A stretch of 64,000 bases of DNA from the human T2T-CHM13v2.0 reference genome, Homo sapiens: assembly GCF_009914755.1 (NCBI RefSeq), contig NC_060938.1; one strand, written 5' to 3'. Below the pieces are notes generated by a model, which worked only from the letters and a program-made list of their open reading frames with translations, did not search any database and had not been told where the DNA came from. A program made the position numbers and the translations under genes. Below are positions 13,532 through 26,825 of this stretch, in pieces. Position 1 is the stretch's first letter. Each line of letters opens with the position of its first letter.

Positions 13532-14414
13532 CATAGCACATTCTTAGCCTACCCACCTCCCACTACCCCAAAAAGCAGGACAACATTTTCCATATATTCT
13601 ATTGAAGTTTTTTTTTTTTTTTAAACTTGTTGGCACAGAAGCCTATATCTGTAGATATTTTAAAAACTTTACTTATATCTATTTGAAATGTGTTAAAAAG
13701 CCATATATTCTTTTTTTTTCTTTTGATAAAAGGAAAAGCAACACCCTACCAGATGTTGGGAGGAATAGTAAGCAAGTGATTCAATCAGAATTCTCCTATG
13801 GGGACATAGACTCTCTCGGTCAATGTCACAGAATGAAATAGTCTCAGATTCACCCAGCAGTGAGTTATTCCATCTGGTTGTGGCAATTAGGAGCTGAAGA
13901 TGACGGGAAGTTAAATGACTATCTTTATGAAACAAAGCAAAATAGAAAAGGGAACAGCTGGGGGACTGGATGGCTTGGGGATGCAGAATTGGATCTAGAA
14001 TAAAGAATCTGTTACTTCGAGTTGCTAGTTATAATGCCAGTGCAGGTTAATACAAATTGAAGGTTGCTGCTGTGTGCTAGCAGTTAGCTGTCGCTTGCCT
14101 GAAATATGACCATAACATTTACAGTACTGTCTGGATTGAGGTCTCTAGAATGTAATGTCCTTTTTACTTAAGGGCCAAGCCACCAGATTAACTACATAGA
14201 CAGGGAGTCATTGAACTTCAGCTCTGGAAAGGATGTTGTTACCAAGTTCAGTTTGTGAATTGCCAGGAATGTTATGTGTCTTTTCTTTGCATGTGTTATA
14301 GTCTAAAAAGATGCATAGCTTTTATCAAATCCAAAGGAAAGAATGTGAATCCACCAGTCCTTTTCTACCCTCTTCCCCTCTTCCCCCACAAAATGTGAAG
14401 AACTTGCTTTAGAC

Positions 14415-14660
14415 CTTGTCTTTGGAGTTGGGTAGTCTAGAACATAAGCTTTTGGCTTACTGCTTACTAGCTGTGTGGCCTTGGGCAAGTTATTTAATCT
14501 CTACTAGATTTATTTTTTCTAATTTATACAATGGGGATGATAATATTGTTTATCCTATTCCATAATGTTTTATGAGGAAAATTTGAAATAATATATGTAA
14601 ATCGTTTTACTGTAACATATACGAAGGATCCAATAAATATTGGCTCTTATTATTATGTTG
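14415..14660 (+). mobile_element. MIR
   Basis: CTTACTAGCTGTGTGGCCTTGGGCAAGTTATTTAATCTCT core; CAATAAATATTGGCTCTTATTATT tail. Confidence 0.85.
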
Positions 14661-15554
14661 AGGTATGCTGAAAGTTAGTGGCAGAAACAGGACCAGAACA
14701 TTGATACCCAACTCACTACTCTGGCCTTTGGAAAACATGGTGAGCCTATCTCTCTTCTTATTTGTCACACCCTTCATGTTTTGGCAGGACTCAAGAGCTA
14801 ACATAAGGTACTGAAATCAAATAATTACTTCTACCATTACAGCGCTAAGTGGTCTACTTCTGCATTTTGAGCTCTTTTTCAGAATTCTTTAAACATCTTA
14901 TCTGCACTGCAGTCTGGAAAGGGAAATCACAGAGAGAAGGGAAATCATACTTTGGCTTTCCAACACCCTCTACCCAAGTTGCCCAAGACAAAACTGTGAG
15001 CAAGGTTAAACGTCTGACTCATTAGTAAGAGGAAGTCTTTTTAGGCAGTTCCTCTGTTGAATAGATAAAGTGGATCAAACAAAAGAGATGACAGATTAGA
15101 AACTGTCTGGTGGCTAATGTACTGTTTACTGCAGTATAAATGACTGGTGTTTGGGAAATGACAGATGAGAGAGAATACAAATGTGGACGTAAATAATTTC
15201 CAGGTTTCTACAGTGGAGGAGAGTCATGGTTGGTTAGGATGTTGACAGGGAAGGGGGAAGTCATTGGTTGGAGTTTCAGGGAAATGAGAAGAGCATGGAG
15301 AGGACTTTTGAATTAATCCATTGATCCACGAGTTACCATAGCCTCCGTGCTGCATACAGAAGGTACCACGAAGGGGTATAGTTCTTTTGCTCTTTTCTCA
15401 CTGCCTGATCCATTCTAAATGTAACTCTTGTTCCAGACCAAGTGCAGAAATCTTTACAGAGAGAAAGCATTGGGATGGGGATGAGGCTATGCTCAGCCAG
15501 TCTGGGAGATCTCTAGGGGAAAATGACATAGGAAAAAATAGTGATAAATATGCT

Positions 15555-15697
15555 TAAAAGAAGGCAAGGAAGCAAGCAAGGAAGGAAGAAATAAAGAAAA
15601 AGAGAGAGAGGAAGAAAGAGAGAATGAAAAGAAGGGGGTTGGGAGGGAGGAAATAAAAGAAAAAAGAATAGAAAGGAAGAAAGGAAAGAGAGAGGAA
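15555..15697. repeat. GA-rich low-complexity tract
   Basis: Nearly pure purine run (GAAG/GAGA/GGGA units). Confidence 0.85.
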
Positions 15698-16084
15698 ATA
15701 TGGTATATCAGTTATTCTGCATGATATGTTTGAGTTGAGTTTGTGGTGGTTACTTGCCCCAGGGTATCAAAAGAAGTCTCCAATTAATTTGTAGCCAGTG
15801 TAACCATATAGCATCTATTTGCTTAGTTTTCAATAATAATAATACTGGTTCTGATTAAATAAGGCATGTTGTCAAACTTATTATTTGCAAACATATTACT
15901 GTTGTAACTGGTAATTGCTCAGATCTCTTTCGGTTCCTGCCCCGACACCCAAAAGTCAAGAGGGTGGAAGGTGACCCTTTCTAAGACTTTGACATGGAAA
16001 TTCTTTATTCTGTTTCAGGAATGGCAAATTCCAGTTTACAGATGGATGGAAAAGATTTCTTCCTTGTGATAATAGAATGCAGGA

Positions 16085-16857
16085 CAGTATTTCTCAATAG
16101 CCATGCCAATGACATTTTTTGACTGGTTAATTCTTTGAGGGGATTGTACTATGCATTATAGGATATTTAACAGCATCCCTAGCCTCTACACAGTAGCTGC
16201 CAGTAGTAGCCTCCCCAACACTAATTGTCACAATAAAAATATCTCCAGATGTTGCCAAATACCCCTTGTAGAGGCCCAAAAATGCCCCTTGGAGAGGGCT
16301 ATAATTGACATTTTTTGACCGGATAATTCTTTGGGGCAATTGTATGGTGCATTATGGTTTGTTTGTTTGTTTGTTTATTTATTTATTTATAAAACAGGGA
16401 CTCATTTTTTTCACCCAGGCCTGAGTGCATTGGCATGATCTCAGTTCACTGCAACCTCTGCCTCTGAGGCTTAATTGATCCTACTGTCTTAGCCCCCCCA
16501 AGTAGCTGGGACTACAGGCATGACCACTGTGCCCGTCTAATTTTTTTTCTTCTTTTTTTTTTTCTTTCTTTCTTTCTTTTTTTTTTTTTGTAGAAACAGG
16601 GTTTCACCATGTTGCTCAAGCTGGTCTTGAACTCCTGAGCTCAAGCGACCCACCTGCCTCAGCCTCCCAAAGAATAGAATTGCAGGTGTGAGCCACCACG
16701 CCTGGCCCATTATAGAACATTTAGCAGCATTCTTAGCCTCTACATAGTAGATGCCAGTAGTAGCCCCCCCAACATAATTGTCACAATAAAAAAATCTCTA
16801 AACTTTGCCAAATGTCTTTTGGAGAGGGCCACAATTGTTCCCAGTTGAGAATCACTT
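16085..16857 (-). mobile_element. MER20 (hAT-Charlie) with internal tandem duplication, second unit interrupted by Alu
   Basis: CAGTATTTCTCAA start, TTGAGAATCACT end; MER20 body occurs twice (16085-~16305 and ~16303-16857). Confidence 0.88.
16358..16707 (-). mobile_element. AluJ (Jo/Jb-like)
   Basis: CTCCTGAGCTCAAGCGA, CAGGGACTCA, high divergence, (TTTG)n/(TTTA)n tail, CATTAT TSD (16350-16355, 16708-16713). Confidence 0.92.
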
Positions 16858-17162
16858 CTTCAGGATAGACTGTTGTTAAACCATTGATTCAGATTCCCAG
16901 GGAAAGACTGGACACTCAGCAGCCGAGCATCCTGCTGACCCCCAGAACCCTGCCTTGACACCTGCTCACAAACCCCTCCTCTCCACCCTCAAGGGCAAGG
17001 TGTAATTTAGCTACAGCCTTTTCCCAAATGCCTGTAGCTTCTACAATTCAATCTTTTTTATTTGTAAGTATCTTTGCAGTTTTCTACTTTCAAAAGACTC
17101 TTAGTGATTTCTAATACCTCAAATTGTACAGGTACATGGCTTTTTGTCTCTTTCTCTGTGTC

Positions 17163-17187
17163 TTTTTTTTTTTTTTTTTTTTTTTTT
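17163..17187. repeat. Poly(T)25
   Basis: Homopolymer within a T-rich tract 17140-17620. Confidence 0.95.
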
Positions 17188-19129
17188 AGCTTTTCATTGT
17201 AGAGGTTCCTACTTTTTATTTTTTCTTTCCATGTTTATTGCTTTTGTGTCTCTGTCTTCCTGATTTCATTTTGGTGTGGAAACTGTCTTTCTCTGCTATT
17301 ATCAATATCTTACTACCTAGATCTCAATTTCATTTTATGGTTTAGCCTTTTGGTGTTTATCTCCCCAGTCGCTATCATCCTTTTAATGACTATTTGTGTT
17401 TCTGGGTCTTTTTTCGTGTGGCAGCTTGTCTTTTGGACTGCCTCTCTCTGTTTGTATCTTTCCAGCTATTTTTTATAGTCTCCTCCTACTTTTGGAGAAT
17501 AGCGATATGTTGTTATGACATTTCTATTTGTGACTGCCTTTTTCCTCTATTGACTTCCCTTCCCCTTTCTGCCTTTCTTTTGAAAATGGCCCATCTGGAT
17601 TAAGTTTCTATCAAGATCTCTTTCTATAAGCAGGATTTTTCTCAGGCATGTAATGGAAACCTTTTACTTCTGTTGAATGGTAATCCTAAGGGGAGGTCAG
17701 GGAATGGACTTTTCAGTTAACTGCTCAGAGGCAATTGTTTGTTTTACTTTATATAATCGAACTTTTATAAAACTTAGCATATTAAATCCAGCAAGGTTAA
17801 ATATTTAGCCTTTTGTTAACTTTGTAAAATAAAAATAGAACTTAAATGATTCATTATAAAGCAATTATCTTAGAAAATGAATAGGTAACACATTATTAGA
17901 ATCAATTTGTTCTCAAAGCTATGAGAAATAAAATCAATAATTTTTAGAGATAGATAAAGTGTTTTAGGTAATGTTTGGGAATAAGAAACTATAAGAGTAG
18001 GATTTGGCTATTTGCAAAGTACCTGACTTTTCCCTTGGTTCCTAAAGAATTTCGAAACAAAATGAGGGCACTATAAGGTTCACAAGGACTGAAAACTATT
18101 TGATCTTCTCATTTTTGGAAGAAAGTGAGAATCGTAATATACTTGCGAAACAGATTGGATTCCATCTGATGTAGCCAAATTAATCCTTCTTTAATGATTG
18201 TTTATATTGTGTATCCAAAATCAAACTCAGTATCAAGAGTTAATCAATTACAATTTATAATCATTTTGGCTCAACAAAACAAGAGGGAATTGTAAACAGT
18301 AAAGTTTATTTTATAGTATAAACATGTTAAAAACATGGATCTTCATTGGACCATATGTAAATTAATCAAATTATCTCCAGTTTTTGTTGTTGTTGTCTGT
18401 TTGTTTAAACGTGGTGCAGGAAAAAGCAATGGCTGCTGAGACTGCAGAGGTTTGTGAAGAAGTCTGTTAGGTTTTCTGAACATTCCTCCCCTCCGACCAA
18501 AAAAATAACCCAACCGGACTAAGACAAAAAACTGAGAAAACCAGGATGGAAATTTGACAGAGGTGTAGGAACTAAACAAGGAAAGGGAATGTTTCTCTTC
18601 TCTCTAGTGCAGGATAAATTTCATCAGTTCCCTGTCTGAACCTCATTAACCTTAATAATACACTATCAAAAAGTCAACTCTATGCAATTAGTATTTAAAG
18701 GTACTTGATATTTTAGGTGGGAAATTTATTTTCTCTGAAAAATCACACATGCCTCCAACAACTTGAAGCTTGCTAAAATTTATAGCAATAACATTGAATT
18801 CAATTACATTCAATCAAATTCCAGGCATCAAGTCGTTATTAAACATTTACCTCTATGGTCATTGTGCTATGGTTGGGAATAAGAATAATACTAAGGCAAG
18901 ATCTTCTCCTTTACAAAGCTCTCAGCTGATTAGGAATCTCATAAATTGTCAAATGTCACTGTTTCAGCTAACAATGTTTCTACCATAAACAGAACTGACT
19001 CAAAGGGGCAAAAAGTAAATAAAGTACATGACATGGGAGCATACTCTCACCTGAGCCTTAGAGAGGAAACTGACATCTGTCAATTCACTTGTTCTGTTAA
19101 TTCCACTTTGATATTTCTTAAATATATCC

Positions 19130-19895
19130 ACTCACTAGGGCTAAGCCACACCATAACTGACTTCTAGGCATTCATCTTTCTTCCACTTAAATTCATTCTC
19201 CACCTTGCAGCTATTTAGTTAGTTCTTCTAGCAATACATTGGTTAAAACTAGTCAATGACTTTTCATTTCTTTCAGGATAAAATGCAGTATAGTATGCAG
19301 TGGTAGGAAATTAAGCACTAGAATTTGTGTTTAAATCCTAATTTCCTCTCTTATCTATCTCTTTGCCCTGGAGCAAGTAATTTTACTGCTCTATGGTTCA
19401 GTTATTTTATCTGTGAAACAGGGATAATAACATCACTTACTTCATAGGGTTACTAGTAGGAAAAATTAGTTAATACCAGTTAAGATGATTTGTAGAGAAA
19501 TGGCACCTTCAATTAATGTTAACTGTTACTATTGTTGCCACCTCTAGACACTCATCCCTTCGCACTGCCCTTTTCTCATTTTTCCCTGGATTGTTTTGAG
19601 TTTCTTAGAACGTGTACATGCTGTTCCCTTTGTCCCCATCACTAGACTGACTCCTACTTGACTTTCAGGACTTCTGACTTTTTCTTCCTCCAGGAATCAT
19701 CTTCTACCACTCCTCTGCATGGCAGGTTAGATGCCCCTCTTAAATGCAGGGTTAACCTCTATCGTACATTTCACACCTTGTATTTACTTGTTTGCTTCCC
19801 TATTCTTCCTTCTACAATGCATACACTTTGAGGGCAGAAACTCAGCTCTGTTTGTCTTTGCAGCTCTGTCACCTGGCACAGTACCTGGTTCATTC
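19130..19895 (+). mobile_element. L2 with nested MIR (~19286-19535, +)
   Basis: ATTCATTCTCCACCTTGCAGC...CAGGATAAAATG, then MIR (GGAGCAAGTAATTT..ATCTGTGAAACAGGGATAATAA), then L2 tail CTTTGAGGGCAGAAACT...CCTGGCACAGTACCTGG. Confidence 0.7.
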
Positions 19896-20162
19896 TCTGC
19901 AGAATGAGGAAACCTCAAGCATCCACTGAAGGGAACAGTGTAGCATAGCTCATATTACCAAATATCTGCATGTTAGAGGCTTATGTGTTTATGAGTAGGC
20001 AGGTGTCTTCATGGAACTCTGGTATCTTCCAGATGTTCATAGGTATATCTGGAACGATGAGTATCTGGCCAAGTAATATATGGAATCAGGAATATGTCTC
20101 TCCTAAAGAGTTATATTTTGATCAACCTCACTCTTACTGCAGTGGGCAAGCAGGTACAACCT

Positions 20163-20272
20163 AGAGTTTTCCAAACCGTTCAGATTATGAAACCTGTCGT
20201 TAGTAATATATTGGAAAACTCAATTATAGTGCCCTAAAGAGCTATAATAAGAAACACAGTTTGGAAAATACA
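20163..20272. mobile_element. Short hAT-type MITE remnant
   Basis: Inverted termini TTTTCCAAACCG (20167-20178) / CAGTTTGGAAAA (20257-20268) resembling Charlie/MER5-group TIRs. Confidence 0.45.
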
Positions 20273-20585
20273 AGTCTGAGTTAGTAACCAAGATGTCTTT
20301 TTTTCCTCTTGATTCTAGGATTATTTCAGGAGGTTGTGAGAGACACAATGAGGCCTTCAGCTCTGGGTAGACTAGTTTCAGCCGGAGCTCTTAATGGGCA
20401 TCAACCATCACAAGTTGAAGCCATTCAGGGATGAGAATTCTTTTAGCTATTAGAACCTGTCTCCATATAAATATTTCTACCTTTCTCCTCCAGTGGTATT
20501 CTCTGAGCAGAGGAGATGGGTTGCATAGTGGCCTTAAAAGGCACAGCCCCAAATTTCACTGGTTATGTGGACATAATATGACTTT

Positions 20586-20762
20586 AGGATTTCTTATCAC
20601 CCACTTCAAAAACCCCAGGGTCACTTAATTAAAATGACTGATTCCTGGAGCCTCAACATGTGCCTTCTAAATCAGACAGTCTATGAATGTGAGACTAAAA
20701 CCAAAGTTTGTACTGAGTTCTCCTGTGACTCTTATGCTCCCTCATGTTTAAGATTCTACCCT
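20586..20762 (+). mobile_element. MER5A/B-like DNA element
   Basis: AAAATGACTGATTCCTGG...CTAAATCAGA...CCTGTGACTCTTATGC...TGTTTAAGA. Confidence 0.6.
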
Positions 20763-20878
20763 GAGTAGAGGCCACTTCAAAAATAGAAACTTTTTAATAG
20801 TTCTGTGTTTACAAGGTCAATTCTGTTAAGCCATAAACCATCCCATTTGGAATTAGTACTATAATTATGGTTCTTATT

Positions 20879-20882
<4 letters not shown>

Positions 20883-20908
<26 letters not shown>
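20883..20908. repeat. (AC)13 microsatellite
   Basis: Perfect run. Confidence 0.97.
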
Positions 20909-20909
<1 letters not shown>

Positions 20910-20959
20910 GGTTTTTTGGAAAAAAAACATGTTAAGAGAAGACATTTAAAAGTTTAAAG

Positions 20960-21150
20960 AACTTAGATGTTTTATTTTGTGAGAAGAACAATTTTGGGGC
21001 AAGTCGCTTAACTGTCTGAGCCCCGTTGTACCATCTGGGAAATAGGAAAAGTGGCATCTGCCCTTGCTCCGCACTTGGGATGGGAGAGTCAAATGAGAAA
21101 GACTGAAAGCAGGTGTAAAATCTAAAGTACTAGGAAAAACAAGGTGTTAT
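20960..21150 (+). mobile_element. MIR fragment
   Basis: GGGCAAGTCGCTTAACTGTCTGAGCCCCG..CCATCTGGGAAATAGG..TCAAATGAGA. Confidence 0.65.
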
Positions 21151-24100
21151 GATGTCTTGATAAACATTTGGTAAGATAGGAGTCTTGTTACACATAATAA
21201 CATTTTTCTGAGTAATCTAGTTTGGTTTATTTTTCTGTGGGGTTTAAGAGTACATTTTGATAACTGAGAGTTTAAAACAATAATTTCAGATGTATTAAAA
21301 ATTGTACGTGATTATTAGAAGTGACGAAAACTTCTGGGATTATATAAAATTGAGTTTTATACAACATTCTCTTTGACTCTAACAAGAGTTAAATGTTAGG
21401 AATCATTGATGTAAACTATTCTTAAATGATTCCACATTCCAAGCAAATGCTCTGGAGAACAAATAGGAGAATCATCTGTGAGATTAACTTTTTACTGATG
21501 CCATGTGGAGTAAGATTATCGAAGCATCTTACATTTAAGAATTTTACCTCAGACTTAAATAGCACGTTAAATAAAACAGGCAGAACTAACAAATCCTGAT
21601 ATCAACTTTAATTTCAACTTTAGCTCTTTTACACTTTTATAAGGCCCTTTCCTCTTATAAATGTAAACCTATTTTTTAAATGGAAGCTAATTTGTTAAGT
21701 CCATTCTATCAGAGGTAAATTGAAAAATGCCAGCAGGCAAGATAAATTTGACAGAAAATAGGTAAAATCAAAGTTTTATTCATGTACAGTGGTTAAGAAT
21801 GAAGATATTAAGATAAATTATTTTAAGTGAGGACTGTCCTTTTAATAGGCCTCACTCTATAGCCTTGTCTCATTTTTCATTTTCACAAGGTTCTTGATGT
21901 ATTCTTTTCATTATATAAAACGTGCCATATTTGGTCTTTTCATGAAATGTATCTGATATTCTCCTTTGACAGCCATTCACGTGAAAAGAAAAGGTCCTAT
22001 TTCTGTCCATCACCTACATGCACATATTCATAGAAATCATAGATTTTTGGTAAAATATGCTATATACTTATACAGCATCTTAATCTCAGAAACCCAAAGG
22101 GTTTAGATCCATAACTGTACCATATTTCCTTTCTGTATGTTGAGAGATACACATGGTCAAATTTCCTAAAACCTGAATCTAACTCAATCTAAATTATATG
22201 ATTTCCATTTCTACACAGTGGAACAAGTGTGTGTGAAATAAAATCACCAGCCCAGAGGCATTCACCCAAATAAATCTTGGAGATTTTCTGCAACATTTCA
22301 TCCCTCTACTTCTATATCTAAGTATTGCTACTTCTAGTTGGATGTAAAATGCATCCTTCTCAATTTATTTTTGTTTGTGGGGGATGGATGGAACTAACTG
22401 TTCCCCCACTACTTTATAAACAAATATAAAATGTGGATGTGTAGGTATTTTAAATGCTAACAGTAGAATTTTAGTATCTAGTTAATAACCCTATTGGTTG
22501 GAATTTAAATCTTTTCAGGAGGAAAAATTAATCATCCATTATATCATTCATCTTGATGCTGTCACTTTCTTCTTGAAATCAGAAAAACATCGTAGTTTTT
22601 ACATGGTAGTTTTTCCTTGTTGGAGGACAGTTGCATTTTACTCCACACTGTTAAATGCATTAGGCCATGTAAGAGAAATATAATTCTGTAATTATTCAGA
22701 ACTCAGTTGGTTGTTTATATGGTATTCAGCAAGATACTTCCCCCCCACCTCCAACTTCTTATAACACAATTTCAAAGCACCAATCGTCTTCCTCTTTTAA
22801 AGTAACACCATGACTGATTGCCTTAAATTTATATATGATCTTGTTCTAATGTCCTTTCTAAAAATAAGAAAAAAATATTCCACAAGTAAAACGAGAGTAT
22901 GATAGATACTTCACCATGGTGCTGGTGTATGTAGACTTGCGTGAGGGGGAGGACATGGAATGGTATGTTCTCCATTCATCTCTAGTTTTATTTCCTAGAT
23001 GAGTTATGGGTGAATACTGTGACAAAAACAAAACAACAACTAAAATGGAAAAGTCCCAGGAGTGAACAGAAACCAGGACTTAAACTGCTTCATCATTATT
23101 TTATTGTATTGTTTTCGTTTTGGGTTTTTTTTTTTTTTTTTTTTTAAGGAAGTTACAACAAGGAGCAGCTAAGGACAGATAAATTGGTAGCAGATTGTGG
23201 TTTATGATAACGACAGTCCCGAAGGAACTTGGCTTTCTTGGTGACGTTGAAGTAAATTGCATTTCTCAAGATGTATACTAAGAAGGATAGATAATGAGGT
23301 GTATGGGGGAAAGGCATGATGACTATTTTTATAGTATTGTTGACTACCAAAATGAATGGAAGGGAAGGCGGGACCAGGTGGAGTTCCTTGGGTTAATTTC
23401 GATGTACCTTATAAATGACAAAATTTCCACCCACTTCTCTTAGAGGGATAAAAATATTTGAAAGTGTCTGAAACAATTGCCGACCACTATTTCAATTCCT
23501 TTTCCTAACTTCTAGTACCTTTGATTTACTCTGAATTCCTAATTTCTTGTTAAATGGGACCATATTTGTTTATAATTCACCTGGGTTAAAAATAATGTTT
23601 TCTTCTGAGAAGAGGAAAGAGGAAGGGAGTGCTCTAGCTTCTTCATCCAGAAACAGACTCTTATGTAAAACCCCCAGGAGATTCTATAAGATATCAGGGA
23701 AGATTCACCTAAAGATTAGGACCCTTTGAGCCTGACAAATCTCCTGTTGAATGCCTTGCTTTCAACCAAAGCTGAGATAAAAAGTGCGCGCATGTGCACA
23801 CATGCTCAAATACACAGGCAGAAAGCTCTCAGCTACAAGACCTGCTTCCGTAGTTTACAGAGCACCTGTAGCCCATTTCCCCTGTGTTTTTTAGGCAAAT
23901 CTTTGTTATCATGGTGTATGACAGCCACATATAATCTGAGTACCACTTCCTCCCTTCTTAATTTTCCACCATTTATGCCAATTAGAAGCAAAATAAAAGG
24001 GATGATTTCTGGTCACTTAAAATCGGGGTGAAGCAAGGATGGAGGTTGTCCTGCAAAGGCATTTTAATTCTAAAGAAAAAGGAGATTAGTGGCCTCTACC

Positions 24101-26207
24101 CATCTTAGAGAATAGAGTGTCCTGACACCTTCCCTTCCTCCTTGCTCAGTATTCTCCCTCTCCCTAGTGCCACATTGAGAGGAGATTCACTCCTAAAAGA
24201 GTGTGTCATTTTAAGTTGACTTTCTTGGAGCTGAGCTAAGAGCCATTGCCAAGGCCAGTGGGCGTAAATTCAGTCCGCCTGACGGGAGATGAAGGGTTGT
24301 GGGATTTATGACTTATTTGAGTTCTCATATATCACCCTCTGTGTCGCTCGCTTATGATGGCCCTGCCAAAAGATAAAGAAGTGTAGGACGCTGGTACGGG
24401 CTGTGGTGACAGGCCAGGGACAAATGTCTCTGTTGGGTAAATTGATTTGAATGACTCTAGTGAAATATCAGGTTAGGCTGAAAATATGATTGGGTTTAAT
24501 GATCCTGCTGACTTTGTAGACTGTTGGGATTCCAAATCCTGGACAAGTTAATTAAGGCATTCTATGAAGGGGGTGTGTATGAATATTTGTAAATCCATGT
24601 AATTATTAATGTCAATAAATACCACCATGTAAAAACTCAGACCTGTTCTTTCACATAATATATTGAATGTCCATTGAATACAGGGAACATTACTTACAAT
24701 TTATAGAGTATTTATCTGGGAAAAACTGTTGAGAACATTATTTTTTCTCCACATCCCAGAGTCAACAAGCAGAGACCGAAAGGCATAAAAATGTGGAATG
24801 AAAAGATAGAGAAGAGATAAGCAGTTTATTCTCTCCTGGCAAAATTTAGTAGCCTTACCCTTAATAGTGGAGAAGAAATTTTTATGTGAAATTGGGGTTG
24901 TTTTAGGCCACTAACCCAAAGATCAAATGGATTGCTTTTTCAATTACAAAAACACATATATTGTTACCTTATTTTTTGAATGTGGCTATTCAGTTAAAAA
25001 TAATAGAGTTTAGATTTCTTTGTAGGACCAAAATTTTTTCAGCAGGTTTCTGTTTTTCCACTTAAAATTGCTTCCAAATTTCTGAGTTTACTTCTAATAA
25101 TGGGTATGCTCTCCTTGCTATTTTTATCTCTAGATAATTGTTGACTGCTTGTAGTTTTTTCTTGTTGGGCATGAATGACTGGCTTCATCTTCCAAAAGTG
25201 TTACAAAACACCAGTTATTTCTTTGAGCTTTAGACTTTTCCTTTGCAGAAAGGAGCCTTATTTACATCCAAATGAATTCCCAGGAGAGTTTTCCACTGAT
25301 GCCGACTGGTTAACAGAAGTACAGGCGAGCAGGAATCCCTCGCTACCTGGCCTTTCGTTCCCTGGTTCCATCTGGATCTCTGGGAAAATTTTCCATCTTT
25401 ATTTGCCATAAAGTATGATTTATTTATTTCAACGAGTGGCTAAGAGCCCTGGAATGCCATCTTTAATGAGTGTAGGGAGGATGGTAAATTGGGTTTAGAG
25501 AAGAATATTGTTAAATATGTTCAACTTTTAGAACCCAAACAAAAACACAACCAGTGTCAGTGTTTGAGAGTGCTGTACTCATCTGTGAACGTAACAGAGA
25601 GGAAAGGTGTCTCCGAAAGAACTCTTCATTCTTAGGAGAGGCCCCAGAATAATCACAAAACTTGGAACTGTATCTATGGAATATAGAGGTTTCCTTGTCT
25701 TGGAGTGGATTCTTAGAGTAAAACATGCCTATATCCTTCTGTTCTTTTATCAACTTCAACTGACTGTGAATGATGTACTCACTGAGAAAAATCCATTTGC
25801 TCAGGTCTAATTTTAGGTAATTTCTCTTTCTGTATGTTAATGGAACCCATAACTGTTTTGCCTACTGGTTTCCAACTGAGGATTAATATAACAGTTTCCA
25901 CTCAACAATTGTATTGCTTTTTTATCCCCCTTATTTCCTTTTCTTTCTTCATATGAGAATATTGAGAATAAGAGAGATTAGGAAATTTACACTGCTTCTG
26001 AGGGACAAGGCAGCTTTTGGACCCAATTATGCATGCCTCTGAAACACATGTTCTGCACCACACCATTTTTTCTGTTATGTTTGAGAGATAAAAAGTTGTC
26101 CGTCTGTCTACCTCTCCAGGCTAATGTCTCACCACATTCAATCAAACTTCTCCTTCCCCAGGCCAGGATTCATGCAGTCCCTACCTGTAATGTGCTTTTT
26201 CATATTC

Positions 26208-26511
26208 TTTTTTATTTTAAATAGAGACAGGGTCTTGCTCTGTTGCCCAGGCTAGAGTGCGGTGGTGCAGTCATACTTCACTTTAATCTCAAACTAGACT
26301 CCTGGGCTCAAGCAATCCTCTCATTTCGGCCTTCCAAGTAGCTAGGACTATAGGTGCATGCCACCATATCTGGCTAAATATATATTTTGTGTGTGTACTT
26401 TTTGTAGAGACAGGATCTTGCTAGGTTGCCCAGGCTGGTCTCAAACTACTGACCTCAAATGATCTTCCTGCCTCAGCCTCCCAAAGTGCTATGATTATAG
26501 GCCTGAGCCAT
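26208..26511 (-). mobile_element. AluJ (Jo/Jr-like), slightly 5'-truncated
   Basis: GAGACAGGGTCTTGCTC, CTCCTGGGCTCAAGCAATCC; TSD-like TTTTCATATTCTTT / TTTTCATTATCTTT; inserted in an L2. Confidence 0.93.
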
Positions 26512-26524
26512 CTTTTCATTATCT

Positions 26525-26825
26525 TTCTTCAGATCTCAAATTATTTGTCACTCACTGGAAGTGTACAGCTAATCTGAAGTGGCCTTCCACAGTTCCCATC
26601 TCGCTCATTACCTGGATAATTTCCTTTATAGCAATGACCACATTTTGGTATTGTTTTGGATATTGGTTACCTTGTTAAATGCCTGTCTGTCTTATCTCCT
26701 CCAACCAAAAGTAAACTCTCTAAGATCAGGAATCCTGCCTAAGTTTTTGGCCTGCATATCATCAGTGTCCTGCATATAGCAGGCCCAATAGTTGTTCTAA
26801 AAATTAATGTATACCTGAATGAATA
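26525..26825 (+). mobile_element. L2 3' end
   Basis: CTTCAGATCTCAAATT...GCCTGTCTGTC...GTAAACTCTCTAAGATCAGGAA...GCATATAGCAGGCCCAATA...TGAATGAAT. Confidence 0.65.

Noticed and set aside
23100-23260. Poly(T)-AAG acceptor at ~23148 as a coding exon
   Set aside because: All three downstream frames stop within ~60 nt and no convincing donor follows.
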